A DNA stretch of 64,000 nt, taken from Perkinsus olseni. Its lineage: Eukaryota. The stretch lies in assembly GCA_013115125.1 (NCBI GenBank), contig JABANN010000108.1:1-64000 (forward strand), read 5' to 3'. The notes beneath the pieces were generated by a model. That model had not been told where the DNA came from. It did no database searches and saw nothing but the letters and a program-made list of their open reading frames with translations. This document shows positions 23,739-36,809 of the stretch, piece by piece (positions within the stretch are counted from its first letter, which is position 1; every line of letters starts with the position of its first letter). The translations under genes were made by a program, and so were the position numbers.

Positions 23739-25654
23739 ATGAAGTCGTTCAGTGAGCTGTTATACTATCTCGAATCCCTGGATTGGGTATTAGAGGGAAT
23801 AGTCGTCCCCTTAGGGGCCTTCCTAGTGCGGTTCTTCGTCCAATTCCCTTTGGAAACTTTTTGGCCGCTCTACCAGAGGTAATAATAAAGCTGAGGGCCG
23901 TGGCAGTTATCCGTTGATATACATATCCTGTTCCTCGTCACTACTGCGTCGCCCTCGTCAAACCGGCAGCGGTCGTAATGAGATATATGAAGATTCCACG
24001 GTCGATGAGTGTCATCGACAGAGGCTTAAGATTCCTCCGTGAAACGCTATTCTGGAACTGTCTGGTCTTACCGACTGCACGATTGATATTATGTCTAATA
24101 CGGATTGCTTTGGATGAATTCGCGCCATTCCTGATGAAGTAATAGACCGAACTCGTCGCCGCCGTCATCGTTCTGAAATCATCATTGTCGATCTTTACTT
24201 CTCTCAGGCACGTCCACCTCCCAGGTCGTTTCGGCGGCTGTCTTGGAGGACTGGAAGCTCAGGATGGAGCGGTACCACCCGCCAAGGATTGCATCGTTAC
24301 CTTCAAGGAGTACCGTTACGGTCCAGAGAACCGTCAAACAATCGACGTTATTCGCCCTGTTGACACCTCTTCGACTGATGCCACACCTCTTCTGTAGGAT
24401 GGATGCTAACGAGCGGTCGGGAATAGGTGGCTTTCAGGTACATCCACGGCGGTGGGTTCGTTGCTGCCAATTCTGCCGTGATGGTGCATAGCGTGACGGC
24501 CTTTGCGAGAGCACCCTATTATTTACCAGTCTACTCAGTAGACTATCCCCTCAGTCCTGAGCACCCCTACCCGTGTCCTTTGATCTCCGTAGGTTACCAT
24601 GGGTAATGATGGGAGGGTTGGCATCGTCGTGCTCTTGCTGTCAGGTGATGGCAGCGCTGCGCTACATGAAGGAGCAACTAGGTGGGCGGCTTGCTTTCAT
24701 CATTTTCGTCAATCGCTTATTCTGTGTTAATTCGATCTCAATTTTTCTCTCAACTCTCTGTAATATTTTGGAACCCGCCTTCTGCAGGTTTCCATTCGGT
24801 CTGCATCCTCGGTGACAGTGCGGGCGCCTCATTGGCGTTGATGGCCACCCTGTGGGCGACTGAAGGATTCGGTGAGCCGTCTCCTACCACGTCATACCAC
24901 ACCATCCGCATCTTTACAGATATGCCTGAGCTGTCTTGCGGCTGTTCCTACCCTCCCCTACACCCTTCACAGCTGCCAAACATTCTCGGCGTCGCTTCTG
25001 CGTACTGATAATACATGACCACCGGCAGCAGCAGGCTGACGATGATGATCTCCTCAACTTCAGTTACGGCGTACTGGACTCCCATTCATGGCATCACGAC
25101 CACTGCGGACGTCAAAAATCGATATCCCCCACTGAGCAGGCCGTCGCCGAGTTCGGCTTGGAAGCTTCCATGAGGATGTAATGCACGGAGAGAGTGGATT
25201 CCGGGAGCCCTCGGGTTAGGTACACCAAGAATCGGCACTTAAAGCAGGGACAGCCGACACAATTTCTAGATGTCCTCAAACAGATGCCCCCCCGAGCTGC
25301 TTGGGGTCTGCCTCCCATCAACCTTCAATGCGGTGGAAAAGATATCCTCGTCAACAGCACGAAGGCTACCTATGGATACCTCAGGAAGCGAGGAGCTAGG
25401 GTCACTATGCAGGTTGGTATCCAAGCTCGATCCACGGACATCACAAAATTTCCCAGGTCTATCCTCAATCCCGACACGCGTTCGTAGGCTTACCACCGGC
25501 CTGGGTGTGTAACAAAGATTCTCGTCACGCCACCAGAGAGATCGCCGACTTCCTGTACGACCTCTGCCACGCCCCCTCGGAGCCCAAGAGCCCCTCTTCT
25601 ACTATCAGTCGTTCGGCTGGCTCAACCACTGCCGCCGATTCCTCATCATCGTGA
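23739..25654 (+). CDS. Alpha/beta hydrolase, HSL/abhydrolase_3 family esterase
   Basis: 'YIHGGGFV', 'VDYPLSPEHPYP', nucleophile 'GDSAGA', 'CGGKDILV' and 'THAFVG' across introns. Confidence 0.85.
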
Positions 25655-26189
25655 CAATAGTAGTGACATGCTCACTGTTATGTATCCTATTATCATTCCA
25701 CCAGCAGCAGCAGTATTCGCAAACACAATTCTCGTATTGATAATTTCGGTAACAGATGGTATCGTCTGTTCTGGGCTGCTACCTTTCAGCCTCCTACCGA
25801 TCATCATCATCGCTGGACCAGCGATTCCCCTTCACTGCTGCTGCCGCTACTACTGCTGTATCATGCATCTCCCTGATACTGTCCTAGAGTAAAAGAAAAT
25901 TAGTATATTTTCTCAGCGGAGCGAAGCAGCAACTGCCGCTGTTCACAATTGATATTTTACGAGTAGTGCGGTGTATGGGGAAGCACATCAACCGAAGCGT
26001 TGCGTTCAGTCGGAAGTTGAAGAATGCAGCCTCCGGGGATCGAACCTCCGGCTTTCTATCGTCATCAGCGCTCGCCATTTCGATCGATTTCTCTGAACAC
26101 ATCGCCCTGACCTGCCCCACGAGAATGGTAGTGTAACCAACGTGGTGTGTAGGAGTATCTCTTGTTGTCGTTTTCCCTTCCCGTCATTG

Positions 26190-28223
26190 ATGTCATCTGA
26201 TAACGCTTCCAGTCAGCTGAAGGACTGCGACCCCCGGCCCCATCTCAACTTGGTCTTCATAGGTCATGTTGATGCTGGCAAGTCCACCACATGCGGCAAT
26301 ATCATGTACCTTTCCGGTAGTAGAGGGAGGGAGGGGGGGCTGTCGTGGGTAGGATGGGGGAAATGTGGTTGTGGTGGTAGGGTTGGTTGACAATCGTACT
26401 ATTGAGAAGTTCGAACGGGAGGCGAAGGACAAGAACCGAGAGTCATGGTTTTTGGCTTATATTATGGATACTAACGAGGAGGAGAGGGCAAAGGGTATCA
26501 CCGTTGAGGTTAGTTGGGCGAAATGTGGTATCGGATGCATAGGAGGTGGTGGTGTTATTAGGTCGGTCGGGCACACTTCGAGACGCCCAAACGTCGATTC
26601 ACCATCCTGGATGCCCCTGGCCATAAAAACTACGTCCCTAATATGATCTCCGGTGCCGCCCAGGCCGATATCGGAGTGTTGATGATCTCAGCACGGAAGG
26701 GTGAGGAGGTTCATGGAGGCACCGCGCCGCCCGTTGTACTCGCCCTGGTCAGGTGAATTCGAGACGGGCTTCGATAAGGGCGGCCAGACTCGTGAGCACG
26801 CCATGCTTGCCAAGACTTTGGGGGTCAATAAACTCATCGTTACTGTTAACAAGATGGACGACCCGACGGTTAACTGGTAGTAGCACTAACTGGCGGGTGT
26901 TGGTGGTATCATCTGTGGCAGGTCGAAGGATCGTTATGACCAAATAGTCGAAAAATTGACCCCCTTCCTCAAGAGCTGCGGCTTCAACGTGAAGAGTCAG
27001 GATGATGTCCACTTCCTACCCATCTCCGGTCTTAAGGGTGAGCTGCGCTGCCGTCGGTAGTTCATCATCATTATCGTACTGGTTAGGGGATAACTTGAAG
27101 GAGCCAGCGAAGTCGCCGGGCTCGGATTGGTACAAGGGCCCTACTCTCTTCCAGGTCCTGGACTGCGCCAACCCTCCCTACAGGTTAGTCATGATGATGG
27201 TCATTACTGGTCAGAAATTTGGGTGTTTTAGGGACCTCGAAGCTCCTCTGCGAATTCCCATCGTGGACGGTTATAGGGATATGGGAACCATTGCTATGGG
27301 GAAGATCGAGCAGGGGAGAGCTCGTCCTGGTAGGAATGGAAGACAGCTAGAGGTGTCAGAAAGAAGACAACTGTCCGGTGGTCGCAGGTCAACAGTGTAT
27401 GATTCTGCCCAATAAGACCATCACTGAGATACAGTCAGTTTACGTCGAGGATGATGAGTATAAATACGCCAACCCTGGTAATAATAACAGTCGTCCGAAG
27501 ACTCATACAGCAAAACCCTGGTGAGTAGGTGAAGACATCAGGCTGAAGCTGAAGAACGTTGACGAAGATCAAGTCCAGAAGGGTGAGGCCAATACCTCCA
27601 CCAATGCTGCTCATCAACTCTGATCAGGTTTCGTTCTCTCCGCTATTGACCACCCTTGCCCAGTCGTTCAGAAGTTCCAAGCACAGCTCGTCATCACGGA
27701 CTTACTCGAGCATAAGTGAGACCACTACTACTGCTGTTGTTGTCATCATCATCATCATCCACCCCTCCAGGCCCATCATCACCATCGGTTACACGGCTGT
27801 CCTTCACGTCCACACTGCCATTGAGGAGTGCACCATTACCAAACTACTCGAAGTAATAGGGAGGACGCCTCTTTCGATTGATCATTATATTGGTTGTTGT
27901 TAGTGCGTGGACAAGCAGAAGAAGACTAAGCAGAAGAGGCCACGCTTCGCCAAGACGGGCCAGATGCTCCTCTGTGAGTCTTCCGCCATCCATGGTTCCC
28001 TTTCTACAGCGACTTGTTGTTGTTAGGTGTGATCGAGACTACCAACAAGATCTGTGTTGACACTTTCAAGAGGACACCCCAACTTGGACGATTCACGTTG
28101 AGAGATGAGGGTAAGTGAAGGAACCGTTGGTGTTGTGAAGTGTGGTGATGAGATTCAGGTAAAACCATCGCTATTGGGAAGATTGTGGAGTTGCCCAAGT
28201 CCGCCACGGAGGAGGGGGCCTAA
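26190..28223 (+). CDS. SUP35: Eukaryotic peptide chain release factor GTPase eRF3
   Basis: '[16 protein letters not shown]', '[37 protein letters not shown]', '[21 protein letters not shown]', '[10 protein letters not shown]', '[18 protein letters not shown]'. Confidence 0.92.
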
Positions 28224-29143
28224 GCAGCGACAGGGGCGACCGCTTTATCAAGTCTCCGCTGATGTATTGTTATTTTGTGTTCATCAACAGTTTGATGCCC
28301 CAATGGGGATGGAAGTGAGCCAGTCCGCACATCAAAACGAAAAAAATAGACGACCTTCGAAATACACGATTTTGTGTTACGATAAATGTCACGTTCGCAT
28401 AATTTCCTGAATTGTAAACAGCAGGATGTCATAGCAGATGAGCCCTCCCTTCCATTACTGAACAAAACAAGTTATCGATGGTGAAATAAGTGCTCGTTCG
28501 ATTCTCATCTCGTAAATCATCTATACCAATGTATCTTTGCTGTTACTTCGTCGTCATTGGTAAACACATAATGGCGATTATTATCATTCTCATCCAGTAT
28601 AACAACACGCCGCCGCCGCAACCACATCACCGTCGTAGTAATCACCAATACTATCACTACTAGTGATGATGTAACTAATTAGACTAAGTAGTCGAGTAGC
28701 CAGTCGAGTACAGTGTTAGTTTTAGCAGAGAGGAGTACTTGTGGTAGTAGTGGTAGTAAGGAGGAAGTGGTAGTAATCATAACCACCAATACTCATACAA
28801 TGTTTCATCGTTCTTCTTGTTAAATGCTAGGAATATGACAGAATAAAAGGATGATGACGAGGCTAATCAAAAAATGAGCTACTCAACTACCCCGGCGTAG
28901 CATCATCACTGGCGAATTGGCACAAAAACGCTGCTAAACAGTGCACAGTGAGTGGCACTAGAAATAATAATAAGAAGTACCCAATAGGCTACATGATTGA
29001 TACAAGCCCATCGGTCAACAACAGTCTACGAAAATAATAGGCATAGTGATAGTGGTGGTGGTGGTGGTGCTGGAGATGGGATACGCCAAGCATCCAGAAG
29101 TACCGATAATAGACGATCGGACTCGGCAGAAATGATGCCCTTA

Positions 29144-30625
29144 CTATTGCTGGGCACAATCAGGATCGGTGGTGACACGGGGCTCTTCAGTGAAGGTAGC
29201 ATCACCACCATCCCAAGGCTGGTAAGTATCTTCCTTATCGACGACGTCATTATCGACGATATCCTTGGCGTAGAGGTAATAGCACCCTCCACTGGTGTAT
29301 GCGGCTCTAGCCAAACCCTCACGTTTCTGCTCATCAACGGTAGTACGGAGGCAGTCGAGATTGAGCTCATCAGTGTAATGACTATTACTGCCGCCAAGCA
29401 GTGACTCAAAGCCATTGCTCTTGCCGACCGCCGGGGACGGGAAGATGGTGGGACTGCTACCAACACTTGTTGGTATCGAATTACTCGAGGAACCCGACCG
29501 CTGTATAATTTCTGATGAGCCGCCTCCGTCGGGTCGCCCTCCAATTAAGCGACGAGAGGCGGCGTAGTAAGGATAGGTATCATCAGTATTGCCGTTGTTG
29601 TTGTGGTTGAAGTTATGCCCTAGGAGAGCAGCACCATTACCACCAGAAGCATCGACCGTAATGAAGGACCTTCGCGGAACCTGTTCGTAGTGCTTCACGC
29701 GAGCACTCGAGCCCAGGTGGCGAAGTAGACCACCAGCCGCGGGGTTACCCTGCAGAGCCGAGTTACTGGCGTTAACGGCGGCAACTGCCGACGAAGAATG
29801 CTCAAAACTACAGAAACCAAAACAGCGGCTCTTGCCAGTACTGCGGCACCTCTTGACCTCACAGTCGATAACTGCGCCAAATTGCCGCGACATGAGGGCT
29901 TTCAAATCTGCGGTGTTGATGGCAGGCGACAACCCACCCACGAACACAGTGTTCTCCGGGGGAGGGTTCACGTAGTTATTGATATTATTGACCATGTGGA
30001 TGGGGGAGTCGCCAGGCACCTCCACCCTGCCACCGCCACCATCAGCAGCACTGCCATCAGTGACGACTGTGCTGCAGTGGCTGGAGGCTCTAAAACGACC
30101 ATCAGTGATGTGACCATCGGGTTGACCTTCACCAGGGGAATCGTCAAAACTGAAGTGCTTCACTTGAGTAGTCGCCCAAGTGACGCAGCTAGTTTTACTC
30201 GATCTGGTGGTGTTCCTCGGCCACTGGTAACCGTTGAAGATGGTCATAAACCTATCAGCCACCGGCCTCGATGTGAGGTTGATGAAGGCGTAACCGCGAT
30301 TGCACTTGTTGTAGTCGTCCCAAGGCAGATAGACACTATGGTACTCTCGGTCGTTGCCGTACTCGAACCCATGTTCGTTCATGACTTGGACCAGCATCTC
30401 ATAGGTGTAACGATTGGGTATGTTGCGCCACATGACCGAGGTTAGCTCATCAGGAGGGCACCCAGGGGGCATGGACTTTTCTATCTGCTTTCGCAGGAGG
30501 GAGGCCTCTTCTTTGACGTGGTGGAGTGGAGGGGGAGGGGGAGGAGGAGGAGGAGAGGAAGGGAGTTCCAACAGACCATCGGGAGACATTGTATTAATGG
30601 TAGTAGATCGAACTGAGTTCACCAC
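29144..30625 (-). CDS. Mei2-like RNA-binding protein (Mei2-type RRM followed by a canonical RRM)
   Basis: 'TSVMWRNIPNRYT..VYLPWDDYNKCNRGYAFIN' (Mei2 RRM3 signature), then 'TVFVGGL..KSRCFGFCSF'. Continuous 493-aa ORF. Confidence 0.85.
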   Translation of the reverse strand: MVNSVRSTTINTMSPDGLLELPSSPPPPPPPPPLHHVKEEASLLRKQIEKSMPPGCPPDELTSVMWRNIPNRYTYEMLVQVMNEHGFEYGNDREYHSVYLPWDDYNKCNRGYAFINLTSRPVADRFMTIFNGYQWPRNTTRSSKTSCVTWATTQVKHFSFDDSPGEGQPDGHITDGRFRASSHCSTVVTDGSAADGGGGRVEVPGDSPIHMVNNINNYVNPPPENTVFVGGLSPAINTADLKALMSRQFGAVIDCEVKRCRSTGKSRCFGFCSFEHSSSAVAAVNASNSALQGNPAAGGLLRHLGSSARVKHYEQVPRRSFITVDASGGNGAALLGHNFNHNNNGNTDDTYPYYAASRRLIGGRPDGGGSSEIIQRSGSSSNSIPTSVGSSPTIFPSPAVGKSNGFESLLGGSNSHYTDELNLDCLRTTVDEQKREGLARAAYTSGGCYYLYAKDIVDNDVVDKEDTYQPWDGGDATFTEEPRVTTDPDCAQQ

Positions 30626-30827
30626 GCTGAATCACCGCCCAAAGATTCCTTCGGGACGATAAGAATGCGCTGGGGCGAGCGATATCAAGGTATATCATAA
30701 AAATGCCGCATGTGGGTATCGAACCCGGGCCCTTCTCCGCCACACCTCGAACTGACAACGCAACGTCGGTGTGGGTAATTGAAACGTACCAAGTGGTATA
30801 AGGTGGCATCTTAGGTTGATGACGGTG

Positions 30828-32437
30828 TCATTCATGACAACGCATCCTCTTATTCTTATTAATAAGCAACTGTGGTGAAGGTGGCGTCACCCCGGCCTGC
30901 TGCTGTTGTTGTTGCCGTAGTAGTATGCCCAAGATGGGCTCCCCATTATTGCCGTCAGCATAACGATGCCTTTTTTGTATCCTGCCAGCATCAACAAAAG
31001 ATCCTCGCTCTCGGCAGTGGCTGACGAGATCCCCCCAGACCTTCGATGATCGTCCGAGGCTCTCAGCGTTACCGACTATCCACAAGGAGTACTTGGCTCG
31101 AGTCAAGGACACGTTCAAGCGTCGGTAGTCGGCAACAAAACCGATACCGCCATCACGACTACTCCTCACGCAGGACATGATGATGATATCTTTCTCCTGA
31201 CCTTGATAGGCGTCCACGGTGTCCACCTCCGCTCCGCTAGATACTATTCTTTTTATCAGAGAGGCTTGCTGACGGTAAGGCGTAACAACACCGATCGACA
31301 TGTTTCTGGTGGCCATAGCCTCCACCATCTTGCCCACTAGACCAGCCTCCTCAGTGTTCACCAGCGACGTCCCCCCTCGGCCCCGCTCCTCAGCCCCCAG
31401 TCGAGAGTCAAGGAACAGCAGTGGCCGCAGAGGCTGCCCCAAGGAGGGCGGAAAGCGGCAGCTGTCAGCGGTCCTCAGGCGGCCATCGTAGAACTCTCTC
31501 GAGGCGAAGTCAGCAATCTCCGGGAGCATACGGTATTGTTCGTCGAGCAAGTGGGCCTGCCAGCCGGCGTCCACAAGACGTTCGAATAGAGACCTTTCAT
31601 ACCGCAAGGCCTTGGCCTCCATCGACACCACCGTAGCCGGCAGCTGCTGAGGGTCGCCGACCAACACCAGACGCTTAACTCCACGGAGCTTTAGTGGTAT
31701 CAAAGCTGATGGCTCGATAGCCTGGCACGCCTCGTCGATGATACAAGTAGCGTCACGCGCCACGAAATTAGTAGTGATAGTGTTGCTGCCAAACGAGCTG
31801 AGCGTGCCCAGCACCACCCTAGCCCTGCCTAGGAGCTGCTTGCAGGCCTCGTCACGCGACCGGGAGAGGGCCCGCGAGGAGCGCTGCTTCAACTTATCCA
31901 ACTGTTCCTTCAACTCCTTCTTCTGGGCTATCAGTCTGCCCCGATCAGCCCTCACTTCGGGGTCGTTATCGCCAGCTAGCTCCTTGATGGTCTCGTCCAA
32001 CTTTCGCACCTCCGCCAGAATGCCCTCCCTCTGTCCCCTATGCTGCCCCCTCAGCTCCGACTCCTTCTCTCGGCCGCCCGTCTTGGCCAACTCCTCCAGC
32101 GATATCGCCTTCACCTCTTCCCGAGTAATCCTTCTGTAGGACCCAACGCGGAGGACGCTATGGACCCCCGGCGGCTCCTCACCAGGCGGCAGTAACGTCC
32201 CCAGAATCCTCGACGTCAACTCATCAACAGCAGCATTCGACGGCGCACAGATCACCAACTTGCTCGTCGTCTCCAACAGCGTCTTCACCATCGCCACAAT
32301 AGTTTTGGTCTTGCCCGTCCCCGGTGGTCCCTGCACCAGGGTGATGGGTGATGACACATCAGCAGCGCTGGCCACAGCCCTAGCCTGGGCTTGGTTCAAG
32401 TCGGTTGAAGCGCCCACACCAGCATTGGAAGCATTGC

Positions 32438-32512
<75 letters not shown>

Positions 32513-35500
32513 GGCGCCTCAGCACAGGGACTGATGGCGTGATGAGGAGGTCTCGTAGCGGCGATAGGGTGCTGTTGGACAGGACCCAGTCCAGGGCCTC
32601 GCACTCTCGTTCGGAGGTGGTAGTACTGCCGAGGACGACGGCTTGGCAGAAGGACCCGACAGACCAAGGCGATTGGGGGGATAGACCGTAGGGTGCCTGA
32701 TGACCACAAAAGCTGCCACAATCTTGCTAATTCTCGAAGTGTTATACGCATTAGCGCGCGCCCTGCACCAACCTCGTCCGATTGGAATGGTATCTTAATC
32801 CTCGCACTGCGGAACTTGCCGACCTCCTCCTCCCCCGGTTGTTGACTGGCTGCATCCTCCTTGAATACCACTCCAAACGCAACTGTAATGTCCACTAGGC
32901 CGCCGACGGTCGTCAAGGGAGACCCCGCCAGCAGTGCGTCGTAGAGCGGTGGTGATGAGCCGTCGTCTCGCGGATGGATGAGCAGCACCTGCGATGTGTC
33001 ACCACTACTCCAGCATCGCTCCCAATAAGGCGTACCAAATCGCCCTGACTGAGAGTTTCCACCCTCCGCTCGGATCTACTACTACTTTCACGACGATCGT
33101 CGCCGGGCTGGTCTAGCTGGGACTTCACTGTCAACCTGTTGGAGCCTCCTGGGGTGGATGCTGGGGGGCACTCGACACTCGCCTACGTGGCCCACTTCCC
33201 CTTACGACTCGACCTGCTGATCTTGACAGCGGGTATGCCCCAGTACAGACTGCTGCCCTCGGTGCTCGACAGGGAGCGACGAAGAGCTTCTGCTGACTCA
33301 TACAACAACGCTGGACGGAACCATTTAACGTAACTGGACATTATAACAGCCTTTCATCCCAAAGGTCCCCGATTTGATCCCTCCTACTCGTCGGCCGATG
33401 TGAAGCTTTCGTTTCCCCTATCGCCCCTCTGCATCCCCATTCGACCCAGCATAGCGGACGTATCCTGTCGGGTCGAGAATGGATCTCGACACAGGAGTAT
33501 CTTATGCAAGTCGTCGACCGCGTGCTCCCTCTCAACCCTAAAGATACGTCGTCATCCAGGCCCTACACGCACGCCCCCTACTCGATAGCGTTGCCATTCT
33601 TCCGTTCATGCTGCTGCGCCGCCGAGCCGCGAGTCAACTTGATTTTAGTTCTCTCCATCTTCATCCTCCTGGGTTTGCTCCGACTCTCGAACATCGGCGG
33701 CGGCTTCCCTGTTGCCTCAGCCTTGGCCACTGCAGCCGCGCCCGTCGGGATCGCAAAGCCGCTGGTCGCCCTCTTCGGACTAGGCGCCAACTTAGCTACT
33801 GGTCGAGGCTTCCGTGGAGGGGGCGGCGGAGGAGCAGTGACTTTATGCTTCGCTCCGTCGACCGGGGCAGTTTTTTTCGCCGCCACTTGATCCCACATAT
33901 TAGCGAACGCTCTCTCCACTTTAGAGTTCCGAGAAGTCGAATGCCATGCTGACGACGACGTGGCCGCAGCCTTGGCCGACGCCGCGGGCTTCAGGAAACC
34001 GTCTAGTTTGGACTGGACTAGTTTACCGGTACCTTCCCCTCGATTGTTGGTGAAGGAGCGGTATGACGGAGCTGCACGCATCCGGTCGAGAGCTCCGGCG
34101 ATGGACTTCAACGCCCCGTTGCTGCTATCAGTAGACCTGCTCGCCGGCTTCGCCTCCTGAGCAACACCCATCATCGCTCACCCAAAGCGCCGGCCCACCT
34201 ACCTCGGCCGCGGGAGGAGGAGGTGCCTCGGCTGCAGGCTTCTCCTCCTCCTCATCGCTACTACTGCTGCTTGATACCGATAGTACCCCTACCGACCGAC
34301 TAGGGGTGTAAGCGTCCCAGTCGTCCGGTGATGATGGTAAGGAAGCTGAGAACCAACAGCAACAGAAGATGCACAGTCGGGCAGAGGAACAGAGGCTGTC
34401 GCCCCTTCACGAGCGTATCACAAGAAGTCCCCACGACTCAGCAGAGTTGAACAACTCCACTTTCCAATGAAGAACGCTGCCACCAACACTATGATTTACC
34501 CTTCCGACTGGCCTGTCCGAGGATGAGATTAACAAGATGCCCCTTTCTACTACGTAAGGAAGCTGTTGGGTCCTCATCACTCGGGTGTACGAACGAGGGA
34601 GGCTGCGGCGCAGACTTCTTCGGTTTGGGTTTGGGTGCCGCTGCCGGCGGAGGGGGCCGGTCGCCGTGGATCCGCTTCTCAAGAGCGGACAAAGCCGCAG
34701 TCATCGCGGTGAATCCAGCAGCCGTCTGGAAGATCACTGTCACGCGCCACGAAATTCCCCTTCAGTCATACCTGGGCATTGGTAGCTGGGGCTGCCGCTG
34801 TTCCCTGAGCAGACCAGTCCCCTGGAACGTTCTCGAATACCCAATCCGAGAGGGCGGTGTGAAGGGCAGCGACATCGAAGAGGTTGTACGACAGAGACGC
34901 CTTCGGGGACTCAGTCAACTGAGGAACCACACTGCTGTAGCGGGCAGAGGGAGGGAGGGGCCCTACCGTATCGACCAGGGCCTTGACAAAGCGGAGGGGG
35001 CCGGGAAGGGAGGCTGAGGGGCCGCCAGAAGTGCCACGACGCTCCAACACCTCCACGGCCAGCGTACCGATGGATCGGAGGAAGACCTGAAGACGATGCT
35101 GTTGATGGTCGGGGACTAGGAGCTCATCATCATCATCATGATCATGATCACCTTGAGCACAGGGATGGAGGCCATGAACTGCAGGGCGGCGGGGAGGGCA
35201 CAGCTGGAGAGGAGGTCCCAGGCGTAGTCGGACACCTAGGAGGAGGAGGAACCATACCACCCACTCCAGCGTGTAGGGGCCCTACGTTCTCCACACCCAC
35301 CGCTAGCATCTGTTGTTGGCACCACAACGCTAGGCCATCCACAGCCCTGGGGTCCGATGACAGTACCTGCCATCCGTACCATCGTCTTTTATCGAACCCC
35401 AGCCAATACTACCTCCCTCAGGCCAGCCAACTTGTCCGTGTTCTCCTCCACCGCCCTACTCGATTCCCTCCTCAACCTCCTGTCGACGATCTCAGTGAGT

Positions 35501-36763
35501 CCAGGGATGGTGGCCAGAGAGAAGCTGGTGTCCTTGAGAACTGTCAAGCCCTCATTCCTCAACTTCTCGACGGCCGTCCTCGCCCCTTCCTCCAAGACCG
35601 CCGTGTTGTGAGCCGACGTGGCTGCCGCTGACGTGATGGCCAAGACGCAGGGCTCTCCCCGGGCTGCCATCGCCGTCCAGAGGGCGCGGGGGAACCACCA
35701 GCCCTCGGACGACGAGGAGCAGCAGGCGGCTGCCGATGCCTCCAGAAGGGCCTCCGCTATTTGACGGCCCCGTGAGGACTCCTCGACCTTGGCCAGCAAA
35801 GGCTCCTCCCACCTCACCCACGGGCTGTCGGGGAAAGATATCCAATTGTCAGGATTGGTGACACGTATCCGACGGAGCGAAGCACAGACAGTTTCCACCA
35901 CCCAGTCATCATTTTCGTATTTTTCCATCAGTTTTGCGTGCACGGCTCGAGAAGAAAAGTGCAAGGACTCCAGGAACTCGCTCGGCGCCTGCTGCGCCTC
36001 CACTTCTTTGACATCAAGCTTGGACGGTATGCCTCCCCAGTACTGGAGCAACGCGATGGCCCGACTGACGGGAGGGCAGCCCCAGGCGAGGCAGGCACGA
36101 AGCCTCTCGTCATGATAGGGGTAATACACCGACTCCAGAGCTTCGTCTACTGTATCTTTCTCGAAGTTGGCCAGGAGGAACCTGAAATCCCATACCACAT
36201 TTCCGCCAACTCCTCCTCGGACCCCCCTGTATGCTACTACTCAGTCATCTCACATGATGCTTTAACAAAGGCCTCCACACAGTCAGGACATAGAGTGACT
36301 TTCAGATGGCGATCGATGAGCTCCATTACTCTCCGGAACGGCCTCTGACCAACCAAAGACGCTCCTACGGGTAGTCGGTAGGGCGGTAGTCGCTCGATGA
36401 GGGCGCATCACCTCCAACTGGCTGGACGGGTCCATCTCCACCAACAACAGCCGCAGGAAAATCGACAAGGCGCTGGTCAGGTCCGAGGCTTTAAATCGGG
36501 CCCGGCACAGCTGCAAGGGTATCTTTACTCCCCGTGATTAACCAGAGTGAGCCTACCCAATGGCCGCCGTAGTCCACTGATTCCCTACAGGCCGCCTCGA
36601 GCGTATTGAGAGCAGCCACGGCTCCATCTGAGGTTATTCGGAGTTCCTCCATCTCCTCCTCCTACTCCGACGAGAACAAGCGTACGACCAAACAAGCTTG
36701 AGTGGCGACTGTGCGATGACGATGATGATGAACGCAACCACGCGGAGGAGTGTTGGAGGACAT
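30828..36763 (-). CDS. SEN1: Sen1/senataxin-like UPF1-family SF1 helicase
   Basis: '[13 protein letters not shown]', 'ICAPSNAAVDE', 'IIDEACQAIEPSALIPL', 'VGDPQQLPATV', 'SLFERL', 'QYRM', 'TVDAYQGQEKDII', 'RRLNVSLTRAK'. Long multi-exon N-terminal region; start uncertain. Confidence 0.85.
32439..32510. repeat. (GTT)24 microsatellite encoding poly-Asn in the helicase
   Basis: 72 nt of perfect trinucleotide repeat immediately before the helicase core. Confidence 0.95.
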
Positions 36764-36809
36764 CTTCTACATGACTACACCAACGTGATGGTAGCGGATA
36801 ATAAGAGGC

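Noticed and set aside
32260-32988. Poly-Leu and poly-Gln ORFs
   Set aside because: These are alternative frames of the (GTT)24 repeat. The poly-Asn frame is the one continuous with the helicase motifs.
17379-36763. Apparent functional cluster of RNA/translation genes (eIF4G, eRF3, Mei2-like, Sen1)
   Set aside because: The run is interrupted by an esterase and split across strands. There is no evidence beyond chance adjacency.
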